DNA of 64,000 nucleotides from Octopus vulgaris (Eukaryota), in assembly GCA_951406725.2 (NCBI GenBank), contig OX597815.1, forward strand, positions 161,138,001 through 161,202,000, in the 5' to 3' direction. Under the pieces are notes generated by a model. It had not been told where the DNA came from. It saw nothing but the letters and a program-made list of their open reading frames with translations, and searched no databases. The stretch's first letter is position 1. Each line of letters starts with the position of its first letter. Positions 15,058 to 27,597 of this stretch are shown here, piece after piece. A program made the translations under genes and the position numbers.

Positions 15058-15424
15058 ATGGATAAACAGGTAAAATAATAAAAGAATGAATACCTTTTCA
15101 AAGCTCAGGTAGAATATTTGAATAGGATATAGCTAGTTTAAGTGCTAAAGGATTAAGCAATCATAGTGAGCCAACTCCTAAAAGGCTCATATAAAAGAAT
15201 TAAGATGACCCTCTGGAAAGTCATATGGGTCTTGTAAACATACCACCACATGCCTCTGGCAGGTCATGTGGGAACCAGCATGTTAGAATTCACCAAAGTT
15301 TCTCTCTTTCCTCTGACTTGCAGGAAATTGTATACTCCACTCTTTAATGTAAAGTTACTTCATGTATTTCATATATATATTAAGTGTGTATATACATATA
15401 TATATATATTTATATATATATACT

Positions 15425-15614
15425 TATGAAAGGGTGCTGAAAAGTTCCTGGCTTTAAGAGTATCATGAAAGGCCTGATGGGAGGCCCAACCTTCCCCAGT
15501 TCTTTCACAGGGCTTAGCAAAACTGAAAGACCACTGCAAAAAGTGTTTGAATCTGACAGCAGGGGAATATTTTCTTTTACCCAAAGCCAGGAACTTTTCA
15601 ACACATCCCTTGTA
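15425..15614. mobile_element. Mariner-type MITE in a (TA)n tract
   Basis: TIRs gggtgctgaaaagttcctggcttt / aaagccaggaacttttcaacacatccc with TA flanks. A truncated relative lies at 62003. Confidence 0.8.
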
Positions 15615-15616
15615 GG

Positions 15617-15648
<32 letters not shown>

Positions 15649-15649
15649 C

Positions 15650-15682
<33 letters not shown>

Positions 15683-15774
15683 CACACATGCAGAGTCTAT
15701 ATGTTGAGTGATTTTTCGCCATTTGTATTATTAAATCTCTCTCTGTCTCAAGTAATATATAATAAGAAGACCTG

Positions 15775-16152
15775 TTGAACTGAGTGAAATCATAGTCGTG
15801 GCCATTGCCAGTGCTGCCTGACTGGCTCCTGTGCTGGTAGCACGTAAAAAGTACCATTCAAGAGTAGCCAATGCCCGTGTCGCCTGATTGGCACCCATGC
15901 TGGTGGCACGTAAAAAGCAATGTTCAAGCGTGGCTGATGCCAGTGCTACCTAACTGGCTCCCATGCCGGTAGCACATAAAAAGCACCCACTACACTCTTG
16001 GAGTGGTTGATGTTAGCAAGGGTGTCCAGCTGTAGAACCCTTGCCAAATCAGACTAGAGCCTGATGCAGCCTCCTGGCTTGCCAGTCCACAGTCAAACCA
16101 TCCAACCCATGCCAGCATGGAAAGCGGACGTAAAACAACGATGATGATAATG
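15775..16152 (+). mobile_element. RTE-tail retroelement with three internal ~66 bp tandem units and (GAT)n tail
   Basis: Three units ending gcacgtaaaaag, then ccaacccatgccagcatggaaagcggacg...gatgatgat. Confidence 0.75.
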
Positions 16153-16227
16153 ATGTTATTATAAGCTGTTGCCAGTCTCTTTGGATTCTGTATATTACCT
16201 ATTGTATTTTTTTTTCTATAATTTAGT

Positions 16228-17505
16228 CATAGGTGTGGCTGTGCGGTAAGAAGTTTTTGCTTCCCAACCACATGGTTCTGGGTTCAGTCCTACTGCATGG
16301 CACCCTGTGCAAGTGACTTCTAGTATAGCCACAGGCTAATCAAAGCCTTGTGAGTGGATTTGGTAGGCGGAAACTGAAAGAAACTCATCATATATATATT
16401 AGGTTGTTTCACAAGAAATGTCACATTTTTAATTACTTGTTATTTCAGTCATTTAAAAACTCACTTTTGTATAACTTGCATTTAATCGACACTTTTTCTT
16501 TCCCAACATACCCACAGACCTTATGAAAATGATAACAACCAAACTATGCTCAGTGATTTTCTCGTGTGAGTACAAACTTGGTCACTCTGCCATAGAAGCT
16601 CTACGGAATATCAAGCGGGCCTTTAGTAATGTTTTTTTTTATATCAGAACTGTTCAGAGATGGTGCCAAAGCTCTTGTTCAGGAGATGATAGCCTTGAAA
16701 ATAAACCAAGGTGTAGGCCAGAATCAGTTATTCAGCATGATGGATTAAATGCTTTGATTGAACAAAATCCAAGAATAAGGGTTCAAACATTTTCATCAGA
16801 ATTCTAAACATCTCGCACAACTGTTTTTGGACACCAGTAAAAAATTGGAAAAGTCAAGAAAACAGATAGGTTTGTTCCACATTAATTGAACAAGATTAAA
16901 AAAAAAGAACAGATGCCTCAATTGTGCGCCTTATTGCTTTCTCAACTGGAAAAAGACCATTTTTGCATCAAATCATTACTTGTGATGAGAAATGGACACT
17001 CTTTGACAACACCTAGAAGCAGGAGAGTCACCCAAACACACTGTTGCACTTTAAAAAGTTAGTGGTCACTGTATGGTGGTCTGCAAAGGGAAGTTATTTA
17101 TAATTCATTTTTGCAACAAGGAAAAACAGTAACAGTAACATTGTATTACCAGGAAATTGATTGTATGCATGAGAATTTGAAAAAGAAGCAACCCAGACTA
17201 GTGTATAGAGATGGCCCAATTTTGCCCCATGACAATGCACATCCTCACACTCCTCAAACTTAAGGTCCAAAAGTTGCAAAGTTTGAATTATAAGATTTTG
17301 CAACATCCTCCCTATTCCTCTGATATCTCTCCTACTGATCATCACTTATTTAAGCATCCTCGTAACTTAGCAGTTTGGCAAAAAGGGACCAATAGAATAA
17401 GTGCCAGGCTTAACAAAATATAGGTACTGGGGTCAATTCATTCGACTAAAAATTCTTCAAGATGGTACCCCAGCATGGCCACTGTCTAATGGCTGAAACA
17501 AATTT
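16228..17505 (+). mobile_element. SINE family A split by a mariner insertion (head 16228-16395, tail 17355-17505)
   Basis: The head ends at the TA tract and the body resumes at cgtaacttagcagtttggcaaaa. Confidence 0.75.
16397..17356 (+). mobile_element. Mariner (DD34D) transposase pseudogene, 3' truncated
   Basis: TA-ttaggttg TIR start, HTH ORF 16523-16807, motifs FVPH*L, TCDEKW, HDNAHPH and HPPYSSDISPTDHHLFK with frameshifts. Confidence 0.9.
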
Positions 17506-17685
17506 TTAAAAAATATTATTGTCTAATATAAGATATAATGTTCAGAGTCTTTTCCCATCCAGATATACTGCAAGGTCACATGCCAACGAGGAAGCCACTA
17601 CATCGTCACTTAACATACTAGAAATAGTAGTTAAATCTCTCTCAAATCACATTCTAGCATTTTGGAAAAGAAATAACATATCCTC

Positions 17686-17912
17686 ATCCTTTTTGACACC
17701 AACCTGTTTGAGATCACCCCCTAGTTGTATGATATAAACCTTCTCTTTTAAAGTGATTTAAATTAAAACCTTCCATTGAAATTTCATGTCAATTTGTGTT
17801 CCAAACACTAGATTAATAAGAACCAAGGTATTTTTCTAAATTTTTTTTTATTTTCAAAATTAACTGAAACAAAAGTATATTTCAAATGAAAATTTAAAAC
17901 AAAAGGGTTTAC
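17686..17912 (-). mobile_element. piggyBac-type MITE (same family as 20251-20470), decayed
   Basis: ccttttgacaccaacc ... aacaaaagggttta ends. Body is the reverse complement of 20251-20470. Confidence 0.65.
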
Positions 17913-18384
17913 GTAGTCTTTGATATACAAAAGATGATGGAATGGTCAGAGATGTGATGCCTTTGATCATAGATCTGGTCAGTCAGGGTTGATTTCAGGT
18001 TCAACAACAACAGGGAAATACAAATAATTGTGTAAAATTCGAGAAGTTTATATTAATGTTCTGTTCATATGCTTGAAGATTGGTATTTGAATGGAATAGG
18101 CCCATATTTGGACTTTGGAAACAGATAACCACTATTAGTACAGAAGTAATTAATGTTTGACCTAGAAAATGAAACCCAACCTCTATTATCTATCTGATTT
18201 ATCAACTGTTATACCCTATACTATGTGTCATAGATTTCCAATCAGATACAGTTCTGTAAGGTGTGGCACAGAAATGATTATTGGATGAAAGCTATGTGCA
18301 TTGTTTAATATATGTAAATTATGGCTACAAACTTAACTCCACGTACACACACACACACACACACACACATTCACACATATATAA

Positions 18385-18750
18385 GCTCAAGTATGATTGT
18401 GTGGTAAGGGATTTGCTTCCCAATCAAATGATTTCAGGTTCAGTCCCACTGCATGACACCTTAGGCAAAACTGACTAAAGCCTTGCGAGTGGATTTAGCT
18501 GATGGAAACTGAAAGAAAGCTCATTGTGTGTGTGTGTGTGTGTGTGCGCGTGTTTGTATGTTTGTGCATTTGTGTCTGTCCCTCGACTGCTTGACAACCA
18601 ATGTTGGTGTGTTTATATCTCCATAACTTAAAGGTTCAGCAAAAAAATAACTATGGAATAAGTACCACACTGAAGTTAATTTGCTTGATTAAAAACCCTT
18701 CCAGTGCTCCAGCATGGTTGCAGTCCAATGACTAAGATAATTAAAAGAAA
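18385..18750 (+). mobile_element. SINE family A
   Basis: Head, (TG)n and tail colinear with 47595-48027. Confidence 0.8.
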
Positions 18751-19429
18751 ATATTTATATATATATATATATATATATAACATTAATTAATATAATAGTG
18801 TGTTAAATACCTCAGTATTCATTTTAACATTATACCTCATTTTCTTTTAAATCAAAGCAATTTATTTTACCATAATTAAGATTTTTCTACTTTACCAATA
18901 CAATAACCAACATATTAGTTGTATGGTATATAGAATTGGTTAATTCTAAGGTATACCATCTTCTCCCCACATACAGGACACCCAAAGTTGCAAATTCCAA
19001 CATGACTTTTTTCAAGATAGCAGAGTGCAACATTAAACTGCTTTTGGTAGTGAGGCTCCAGCCTGGGAATTCAAATGTTTTAGGAAGTATAGAGTTACCC
19101 CTTAGTTTTCTAGGCCTGTTCTGATCTGGCATGGTAGTGTCAATTAGGGACCTCTATAAGGAGCCATGTAGCAGAAGATAGTTCTGTGGCTAAGGCATAT
19201 AGAAATCAGAGAAAGGCTGACCCACTAGACATGTATCACACAGGTCCACCTTGCATGGATATGCTCTGATGTAATGTGAACCAGTCCTCTTGCCTAAGGG
19301 TTACTTAGGTCTTGTGTCATAAAGTTTAGCTTTACCTTTTTGAGACAGTGTTTTGGTATGTGTAACCAAAAAGACCAAAATGTTTTTTTCTGGAGAGACT
19401 GAAAATGATGGGTATATGTAAAAAGCAAA

Positions 19430-19775
19430 GGATTGTTAACACCCACTTCGGTCATGACTGACCATGGGATTGCACCTAGAAAGTTACCCTCCCAGGCACA
19501 AGTCCAGGCAAGGTTGTTTATGGAAGACCAGCAGTCGCCCATGCATACCGGTCTCCCCTCTCCATGTCACCAGTGTTAACCTAGGGAAAGGCAACAGCAG
19601 ATACAGCTTGGCATCTGCGATGTCACAACTCATTTCTACAGCTGAGTGAACTGGAGTAATGTGAAATAAAGTGTCTTGCTCAAGAACACAACACATAGCC
19701 CGGTCCTGGATTTCAACTCACAACCTCATGATCGTAAGCTTGATGCTCTAACTACTGAGCTATGTGCCTTCACAT
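19430..19775 (-). mobile_element. SINE family D (tRNA head plus tgttcttgagcaagacac core)
   Basis: Reverse complement matches 33445-33665 and 56930-57200. Confidence 0.75.
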
Positions 19776-20040
19776 GCTTTGTGAAAAGCAAAGGATAAAA
19801 TGCCCAAAACTACTTTACTAGTATGTAAAACTATATGTATATGTGTATTATATAGTTTTATATTATATCTATTGAAAGACAATCAATGATTGGCTTTTAC
19901 ACTTCAAAATGTCTGTTTCATTGGGCTAATGGATCAGCCTCAAACTCTTTCCACCTTGTATCACTTGGGCTGATCAATCAGCCCGGATGTCCCATGAAGG
20001 TTAAGATAGCAAGATCCTAGCAAAATAAACGGTAAATTAA

Positions 20041-20485
20041 CCTTTTAGCATTGAGATTATTCTGTCAAATGTAATGCTTATTTATTCACATTGTTTTTAA
20101 TTATTCATGCATTAACAAATAGCTTTGAGATTTCAGTGATGTGATTGTTCATTTTAGACTGGTATTGTAGGGTAGGTGTGAGAGGGAAAATTTGGCTGGT
20201 TTGAATATTAAAATGAGGTATAACATTTGGGCCAGATATGGCCAGTTTAACCCTTTCGTTACTGTATTTAGTTTGAGATACTCTGTTTCTGTCAATCATT
20301 TTTAAGTATAGCAAAGAATTTAGTAAAATAACTAAGTTATCATTCAGCTAGTGTTAGGAACATAAATTGTGACTAAGGTTTAGTGAAAGATTTTAATTCA
20401 GAACTTATGAAAACAAGACATTTGTACTACAGAGCCAGAGCTGGTTTTGGCCGGGTTGGTAACGAAAGGGTTAAATACTAAAGAG
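20041..20485. mobile_element. piggyBac-type MITE (outer) with TTAA TSD
   Basis: TTAA|ccttttagca ... tactaaagag|TTAA. Confidence 0.75.
20251..20470. mobile_element. piggyBac-type MITE (inner) with TTAA TSD
   Basis: TTAA|ccctttcgttac ... gtaacgaaaggg|TTAA, perfect 12 bp TIR. Confidence 0.9.
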
Positions 20486-21655
20486 TTAACTGACAGAATG
20501 TAATGGAAACCACTGCTTTATCTTTTGCAAGAAAATTTAATGAATTTTCAGACTTTAAAGGAGTGTAAGGCGGTCGGTCACTGACTGGTGATGCCTGTAA
20601 GCATAGCATAAGATTAGAGAGAAAAGGGTACGATTTTTGAGAGATATTTCTGTAACTGGAGGGAAATTTGGATACTATTTCTGATATGTTACATGACCAC
20701 GTAAAGGCTCTCTAATTGGTTTGTGTGTGTATATGTGTGAACTTAATGTACTAAATACACTGTTTAAGATATGTGAGCTGTAATCTTTGGTGTAGGCCAT
20801 ATCTGGACTTTGTAAATAGATAACCATTGTTTAATACCCAGAAAATGAAACATCCTATTTATCTCATTTGTAAACTGTACTCTATATTAGTATTCACCTT
20901 CATTATCTCAAATGTATCTATCAGCTTTCTTCATATATCTATAGTTATCTACCGGAGCCACCTTTCCATTTTTTATACCACAAACATACTGGCTAGTGAG
21001 TGAGCTTCATAGGTGCTTAAAGTGCTAGAAATAATAGCCAAATATTCCTCAAATGACACTCCTTATCCATTTGATAGAACAGTCTTGAATTCCACGTCCA
21101 TTGGAAAAAGATGGATTGATCATTGGTGGAATGCTTTTGAGCAGAAGCCTATTCAGAGATGACTTACTGCTAAATAACAATTGCAAAGACAAGCATACTG
21201 ACCAATGAGAGAGAGAGAGAGGTCTTCTACATGATGGCTGAACTTGCTAGAAATAGAGTGAAACATATATGAAAACACACTCTACTGTCTTGAAAAATGA
21301 TACTTTAGATAATGTTGTCGTGTGTGCGCTGTACTTTGGATGGCCAGAACTAGAATGTCTTTTGACAAGAGGTCATCCCTATCGGAATTGACTTGAGGCT
21401 AAACAACAAAAACAAACTTACCAATGCTTACTCCTGTCTTGAATATTTTTCTGCTTCTCTTCAATACACAGCATTATATCTGTCAGTTCCTATGTAAAAT
21501 TTCTTTAACTCTGCCCATTGGACAAGATAGGCTCAGACTTCAATTTCAATGCCAATGAAACATGTATTTTCTTCTTCGTATGTATTCATTGTTGTTCAGC
21601 TAGGGAAAGCTGCTGCCCACTGATCTTAATATTCACACATTATATACACCGCTTG

Positions 21656-21970
21656 TGGAGGCGCAATGGCTCAGTGGTTAGGGCAGTAGACTTGCGGTTG
21701 TAGGATCATGGTTTCGATTTCCAGACTGGGTGTTGTGAGAGTTTACTGAGTGAAAACACCTACAAAAGCTCCACGAGACTCTGGCAGGGGTGGGTGGCAA
21801 TCCTTGCTGTACTCTTTTGCCACAACTTTCTCTCACTCTTTCTTCTGTTTGCCTGCTTATTTAGCCGGCAGGGTGGCATTATTTGAAGGCTAAACCAATG
21901 TGAAACGCATTGTGACCAGTGATGTGTAGCAACATCTGATAGCCTGGTCGGTCATGGTGACCACAGTGAT
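21656..21970 (+). mobile_element. SINE family C
   Basis: A box tggctcagtgg and B box ggtttcgatttcc, body as in 29935 and 55988 but with a different tail. Confidence 0.8.
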
Positions 21971-22084
21971 ATATTCCACTTATCTCTTACATATGTGCAT
22001 CGGACAAGGTCTCTATTTCACTGCTCAACGATCCTCATATCACATTCTTCCATCTTAAAAATAGAAGGACATCTTATCTTGTAT

Positions 22085-22470
22085 CTTTTATCTTTTACTT
22101 GTTTCAGTTATTAGACTGTGGCCATGCTGGGGCACCGCCTTGAAGAATTTTAGTTGAATGAATTGACCCCAGTACATTATTTTTAAGCCAGGTACTTATT
22201 CTATCAGCCTTTTCTAAACTGCTAAGTTACAGGGATGTAAACACACCAGCACTGGTTGTCAAATGGTAGTCGGGAAACAAATACAGACACAAAGGCACAC
22301 ATGCACATTGATATATACATATATATATACAATAGACTTCTTTCAGTTTCTGTCTACCAAATCTACTTACAAGACTCTGGCTGGCCTGAGACTATGGTAG
22401 AAGACATTTTCCCAAGGTGTCATGCACTGAGACTGAACCTAGAATCATGTGATTGGAAAGCAAACCACAC
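22085..22470 (-). mobile_element. SINE family A
   Basis: Colinear reverse complement of the family. Confidence 0.8.
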
Positions 22471-22999
22471 CTTTGTGTGCCAGTGAAATTCGGTTGATCG
22501 GAGTTATAAGGAAGATTATCATGTATGTGTGTGTGTGTGTGTGGTGCTGGGGCCACATAAAAAAAGCACAAGTGGTGGTGCTGTGTAAAAAGCTCCCAGT
22601 ACACTCTGTAAAGTGGTTGGTGTTAGAAAGGGCATCCAGCAATAGAAACCATGCCAGAACAGATGATGGAGCCAGGTGCAGCTCCTGGCCTTACAACTGC
22701 TGTCAAACCAACCAGCCCATACATGGTAAACAGATGTTAAATGATGATGATGATGGTGGTGATGGTGTGTGTGTACCCTTGTCTTAACAGTACTCTTTCC
22801 TTGACATGTAATGATTGTAAACAAGTACAGCTGTCAAACAAGCGATGTTGTTCATTTCCAGTTGATAAAATATAGCACAAGTTACATACTGAAGCCTTTG
22901 TAATCAATGTACTCCTCCCTATAAACTTCTGACTTTGTACCTTATTTAGAAATATTACTGTAGTAATAAGGTGAACAGGATCTCCTCTTATAATATATT

Positions 23000-23218
23000 T
23001 CATTCTTCTATGGGCACAAGGCCTGAAATTTTGTGGGAGGGTGCTAGTTGATTTCATTGACCCCAGTTCTTAACTGGTACTTATTTCATCAACCTTGGAA
23101 TGATGAAAAGCAAATTGACCTTGGTGCAATTTGAACTCAGAATGTAAGGATGAACAAAATGCTTAGCAGCATTTTGTCCAACATGCTAACAATACAATTC
23201 TGCTAGCTGACCATCTTA
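23000..23218 (-). mobile_element. SINE family B with 18 bp TSD
   Basis: Flanked by ctcctcttataatatatt (22982) and ctcctcttgtaatatatt (23219). Confidence 0.8.
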
Positions 23219-23247
23219 CTCCTCTTGTAATATATTACTTCAGAAAT

Positions 23248-23468
23248 AAGGCAGCAAGCTGGCAGAATCATTAGCATGCTGGGTAAAATGCTTAGTGGCA
23301 TTTCATCTGTCTTTACATCCTGAATTCAAATGCTGCTGTGGGGTGGGAACAATTTTGCTTTTCATCATTTTGGGGTCAATAAAATAAGTACCAGTTGAGC
23401 ACTGTGGTCAGTCTAATCGACTTAGCCCCTCCCCTTAAATTGCTGGCCTTGTGCCAAAATTAGAAACT
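23248..23468 (+). mobile_element. SINE family B with 16 bp TSD
   Basis: Flanked by tatattacttcagaaa and tatattaattcagaaa. Confidence 0.8.
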
Positions 23469-24169
23469 AATATATTAATTCAGAAAATAATTCCAACATA
23501 ACATATTGCATAATATTGTTCTTCATGTTGTTGTTTTTTTTAAATTGCATGTATGATGAGTCAGAAAACTTGGTCTTTAGTTAATTGCCTGGTTGAAGAA
23601 ATATTCATATAATTGTACATTTGGTATGCTAAGAAACTGCCAGGAAATTAGAGATGTCAAATGGTTAGCAATAGAACTTTCCAAAAAATACTACAAAATT
23701 ATAAAATAATTAGTGATATTTTTTTTAATGATAAATCAGCAATTTATTTGTTGCCAAGATGTTTAAGGTATTTTTTTCCATGTCATGAAATATTTCTAAT
23801 GTTGTTTTACAAAATATCACTTTTTTTATATATGAAAGGGGAAAAAACCTGAAATATAGAAAACAAAATCAATAAACTAAAATTCAACCAAAAAGTAGAA
23901 ACAACAAAAGCCAGGAAATGTCTTTTTCCTAAAACAGTAATATTAAATGCTAGATGACCAGACAGTATTTAAGAAATGTGGAGCCTAATTATATTTTTAT
24001 TGGAATGCCCTAAGTGCTATTGATACATAATTAATTACTTGAAAATTAATTAACACAAGATTATTACAAAATTATGTAGACGAAACAAATTATGTACATC
24101 TTTGTAATATTTTTTAATGTTTATGATTCAGTTTCTTTTGCATTTTTTTTTTTTTTAGTAAGAAAGCAG

Positions 24170-24555
24170 TAATTGTGACTTTTGTATGCTTTCTCAGTCT
24201 TGTAAGATTGATGAGGTTGTGTTCAGTTTTAATGTCTGCGTATGATGCTGAAGAAAAATTGTGTCCGGAAGTACAGAGGACTTTAAGTCTATGATGGAAA
24301 ACTTGGGAAAATGTTTATGATCTCGAGGGAGGTGATGACAATAAGATTGGTAAGAGGAAGAGTTAGAGTTAGATGGTTGTATTAAAGAACTTGTGCTTAG
24401 AGGAGAATAGTAGTACTAAGTTGAGGGAAATAGTGATTGTAATAGTATCCTTATAAGAGTCAAAGAAAAGAAACAGTCTGTTTGTGAATCATTTATATCA
24501 TGTTAGTAATCTAGTAATTGCTAATCAGCTGAATAGCATGTTTAGGATGCAGCTG
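24170..24555 (-). mobile_element. Highly decayed CR1/L2-group LINE 3' fragment
   Basis: Minus strand reads HKQTVSFL*LL*GYYYNH.., similar to the element at 50300. Confidence 0.35.
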
Positions 24556-24932
24556 GCAAAGTAAGCAGTAAGTTGTGGTAATCATTCCAGTTATTTGTAG
24601 TCTGGGTTCAAATCCCTCTGAAGTCAACTTGGCTTTATATCCTTTAATGGTCAATAAAGACAGTACCAGTCAAAGAGGTCGATTCTTTTTCCTCTCTTTT
24701 TATCTTTGCTTCAAGATGCTTAAGACATGCCACAGGTCATGGTAGTACCCCCATGACTCTACAAGGATTTTGAGGGATCAGTTAGGATGTGATTAGAGGG
24801 AGAGTTGATTGCTATTAATAACAAGTTGAGCAAACATATTGCTGTTCCTTTTAGGAATATTATAAGAATATACTTGATGATGAATGTGCATAGTCTAGTG
24901 GTTAGAGTGTTGCACTTATAGTCACAAGATCC

Positions 24933-25395
24933 ATCATCATCATCATTATTTAACATCTATCCTTGCTGGCATCAGTTGGATGATTTGATTAGCTGGCAAA
25001 CAGAGGTGAGCTGTACCAGACTCCAGTCTGATTTGACATAGTTTCTACGGCTAGATTCCCTTCCAAACACCAACCTCTTTACAGAGTGTGCTGAGCTCTT
25101 CTATGTGACACCAAGTGGGTGCTTTTACATGGCACTACATGGGCACTTTTACATGGCACTGCACAGGCACTTTTACGTGACACCACCATGAGTGCTATAA
25201 ACCACCAAAGAGGCCCATCTTAACACTTTTTCTGCAGAGTACGGGTCTTCCTGAGTATAGTAAGACACCAAGCACCTTTGCCCTTTGTCATCTCACCTGA
25301 AAGGTTCAGCGTCCTGAAATTGTTCTTCAGTACTTTATCCCATGTCTCCCAGGGTCTTCCACTTCCATCAATTTGAGAAATTAGCACTTTTTTAT
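24933..25395 (-). mobile_element. RTE-clade LINE 3' end
   Basis: ORF 25220-25453 contains GRPWETWDKVLKNNFRTLNLSGEMTK..AW (RTE C-terminal GRPxxTW motif), then a 3'UTR and (GAT)n tail. Confidence 0.75.
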
Positions 25396-25744
25396 GGAGC
25401 AAGATTGTCGTTTCAGTTCCCTGACAAGGGGTGCAAAACATTTCATTTCTCATTGCTCCAGATGTAAATGGGTAGCCCTGTGGCAGCCTGGCATTCCATT
25501 CAGAGAGAATGTTAACCTACACACCTTCTAGTTGCATAGCATCACTTAAAAACAAGTAATGAAGTGCATTGTGACCAGCATTGTATAACAATGTCTGATA
25601 GGCTGGTTGATACAGTGATACAGTGCTATTACTTATTGAGTTGTTAATAGTTACTAACTAATCAGTTACATTTGTGGAATATTATGGAGAACATGATTTG
25701 AGGATAACATTTTTCTAAGATGTGTCTTGATTAATCTCATATTT

Positions 25745-26312
25745 GATTTATAGTCAATCACCTGCCGCCTATCACCATATGGTAAACACAAAGAATGTTT
25801 TCCTCGGTGGTAACAGTTATAGCACTACAGACCTTCTTTGGGTCATCTTGAAGACTCTCCATTCTCCTCCTAAATTCAGCAACCCACTTTTGCGCTTTTG
25901 ATAAAGATGGAATGCTATCCCCCCAATGTTGCAATTATGTCAGCATAAATATCCTTTTTTTGTGGACTGAGAGGCTGGTTTATTAGAGACCCCCTCCATA
26001 ATGTCCATTCTCTTTTTTTTTTGGGACCAGGAGGTAGTGAGGTTATAGGGCCTTGCTTCAGTTGAGAGTAAACATGATAAATTTTGTCCTTTAACAGGTA
26101 TTTAGTACCACCACGATGCCAAATTTTGTACATTTTCAAGAGAAGTCTCTTTTAGTCACTTCTGAAGCCTTCTTTGAAGAGTCAGATGTCAGTTTACCTG
26201 GAAAAAAACAATGTAATTATTAACAAGAAGAGTTAGAATTACTGCGTGCAAGATTTCACAGCCCTAGCATTACTCCATAGTCAGCCTAAGAGTTTTCAAC
26301 CCACCCTTGTAT
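25745..26312 (-). mobile_element. Mariner transposon 5' fragment
   Basis: TIR tacaagggtgggttgaaaact on the minus strand. Encodes DIYADIIATLG..KWVAEFRR..SLQDDP..TTEENI with an internal insertion. Confidence 0.75.
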
Positions 26313-26866
26313 AATCAACTTGTGTGTCTCTATATTGATATTACCCAAACAATAGATCACTTCTCTTTACAATTAAATCCGCTGAATTCATTGCCTGGCA
26401 TTCACTTGTCTTACACATATCTCATATACTCTATTATTCAATCAAATAAACAAACTGTAAATTGTTGTTTATCTCCAGCTCAACTAGGATTTTAACAGAC
26501 AATATTAACAAAGGCATTCCACAATTTAAAAATAGCATAATATTTAATGCAAGCAATTAGATATTTATATAATACATGTATAATGATGAAGAAAGTTTCT
26601 CTATTGCTTTAGTGATGAGAATTCATGTCATTAAATTAATTGCATAACCTATTCATTAAATTAATACATTGGATCTCTAAATTATGGGTACAGCCTAACA
26701 GGTATTCATCCAGTCTCTACCTACCCAAATTTACTCATGAACTGAGACTCAGGTAAAAGGTATTTACATAAACCCTTACAGTGAGATGCAGATAGGACCT
26801 CATTATTGTAAAGCAAACTTCTTTATCACTCAACCATGCCAGCTTCCAGAATATTTGTATGTGTGT

Positions 26867-27085
26867 AGGGCAGTAAACTGGCAGAAACGTTAGCATGCTG
26901 GGCAAAATGCTTAGCAGTATTTAGTATTTAGTATTATGTTCTGAGTTCAAATTCTACTGAGGTCGACTTTGCTTTTCATCCTTTTGGGGTCGATAAATTA
27001 AGTACCAGTTGTGTACTGAGGTCAATCTAATTGATTGAACCTCTTCCCAAAAATGTTGGGCCTTGTGCCTTGAGTAGAAAAGAAA
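26867..27085 (+). mobile_element. SINE family B
   Basis: ctggcagaaacgttagc...gcttttcatccttttggggtcgataaattaagtaccag. Confidence 0.8.
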
Positions 27086-27151
27086 AGAATATATGTATGT
27101 GTGTGGAGGTACAGGCAGGGCTGTGTGGAGGCTCAGGCATGACTGTATGGA

Positions 27152-27597
27152 GGTGCAGGTGTGGTTATGTGGCAAGATGCTTGCTTCCTAACTACATGGT
27201 TCTGGATTCAGTCCCACTGCATGGCACCTTGGGCAGGTGTCTTCTACTACAGGCTTGGGCTGACAGCAGTACTGTGAGTGGATATGGTAGACAGAAATTG
27301 AAAGAAGCCCATTGTATATATATATATATATAGCTATCTGTATGTGTGTGTGTGAGAGAGAGAGTGTGTGCATGTGTGTGTGTCTGTGGTTGTCCCACTA
27401 CCACCACTTGACAAAGTGTTGGTGTGTTAACGTCCCTGTAACTTAGTAGTTTGGCAAAAGAAACTGATAAAATAAGTACCAGATTTTTTTAAAAAGACAA
27501 AATTAAATACTAGGGTTGATTCATTCGGCTAAAATTTGTCAAGGCAGTGCCTCAGCATGGCCACAATCCAATGACTGAAACAAATAAAAGATAAAAG
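27152..27597 (+). mobile_element. SINE family A, full length
   Basis: Head, microsatellite and tail cagcatggccacaatccaatgactgaaac. Confidence 0.8.

Noticed and set aside
15795-15990. CRISPR-like array (repeats at ~66 bp period)
   Set aside because: Whole units are homologous with no unique spacers, the context is eukaryotic, and no cas genes are present.
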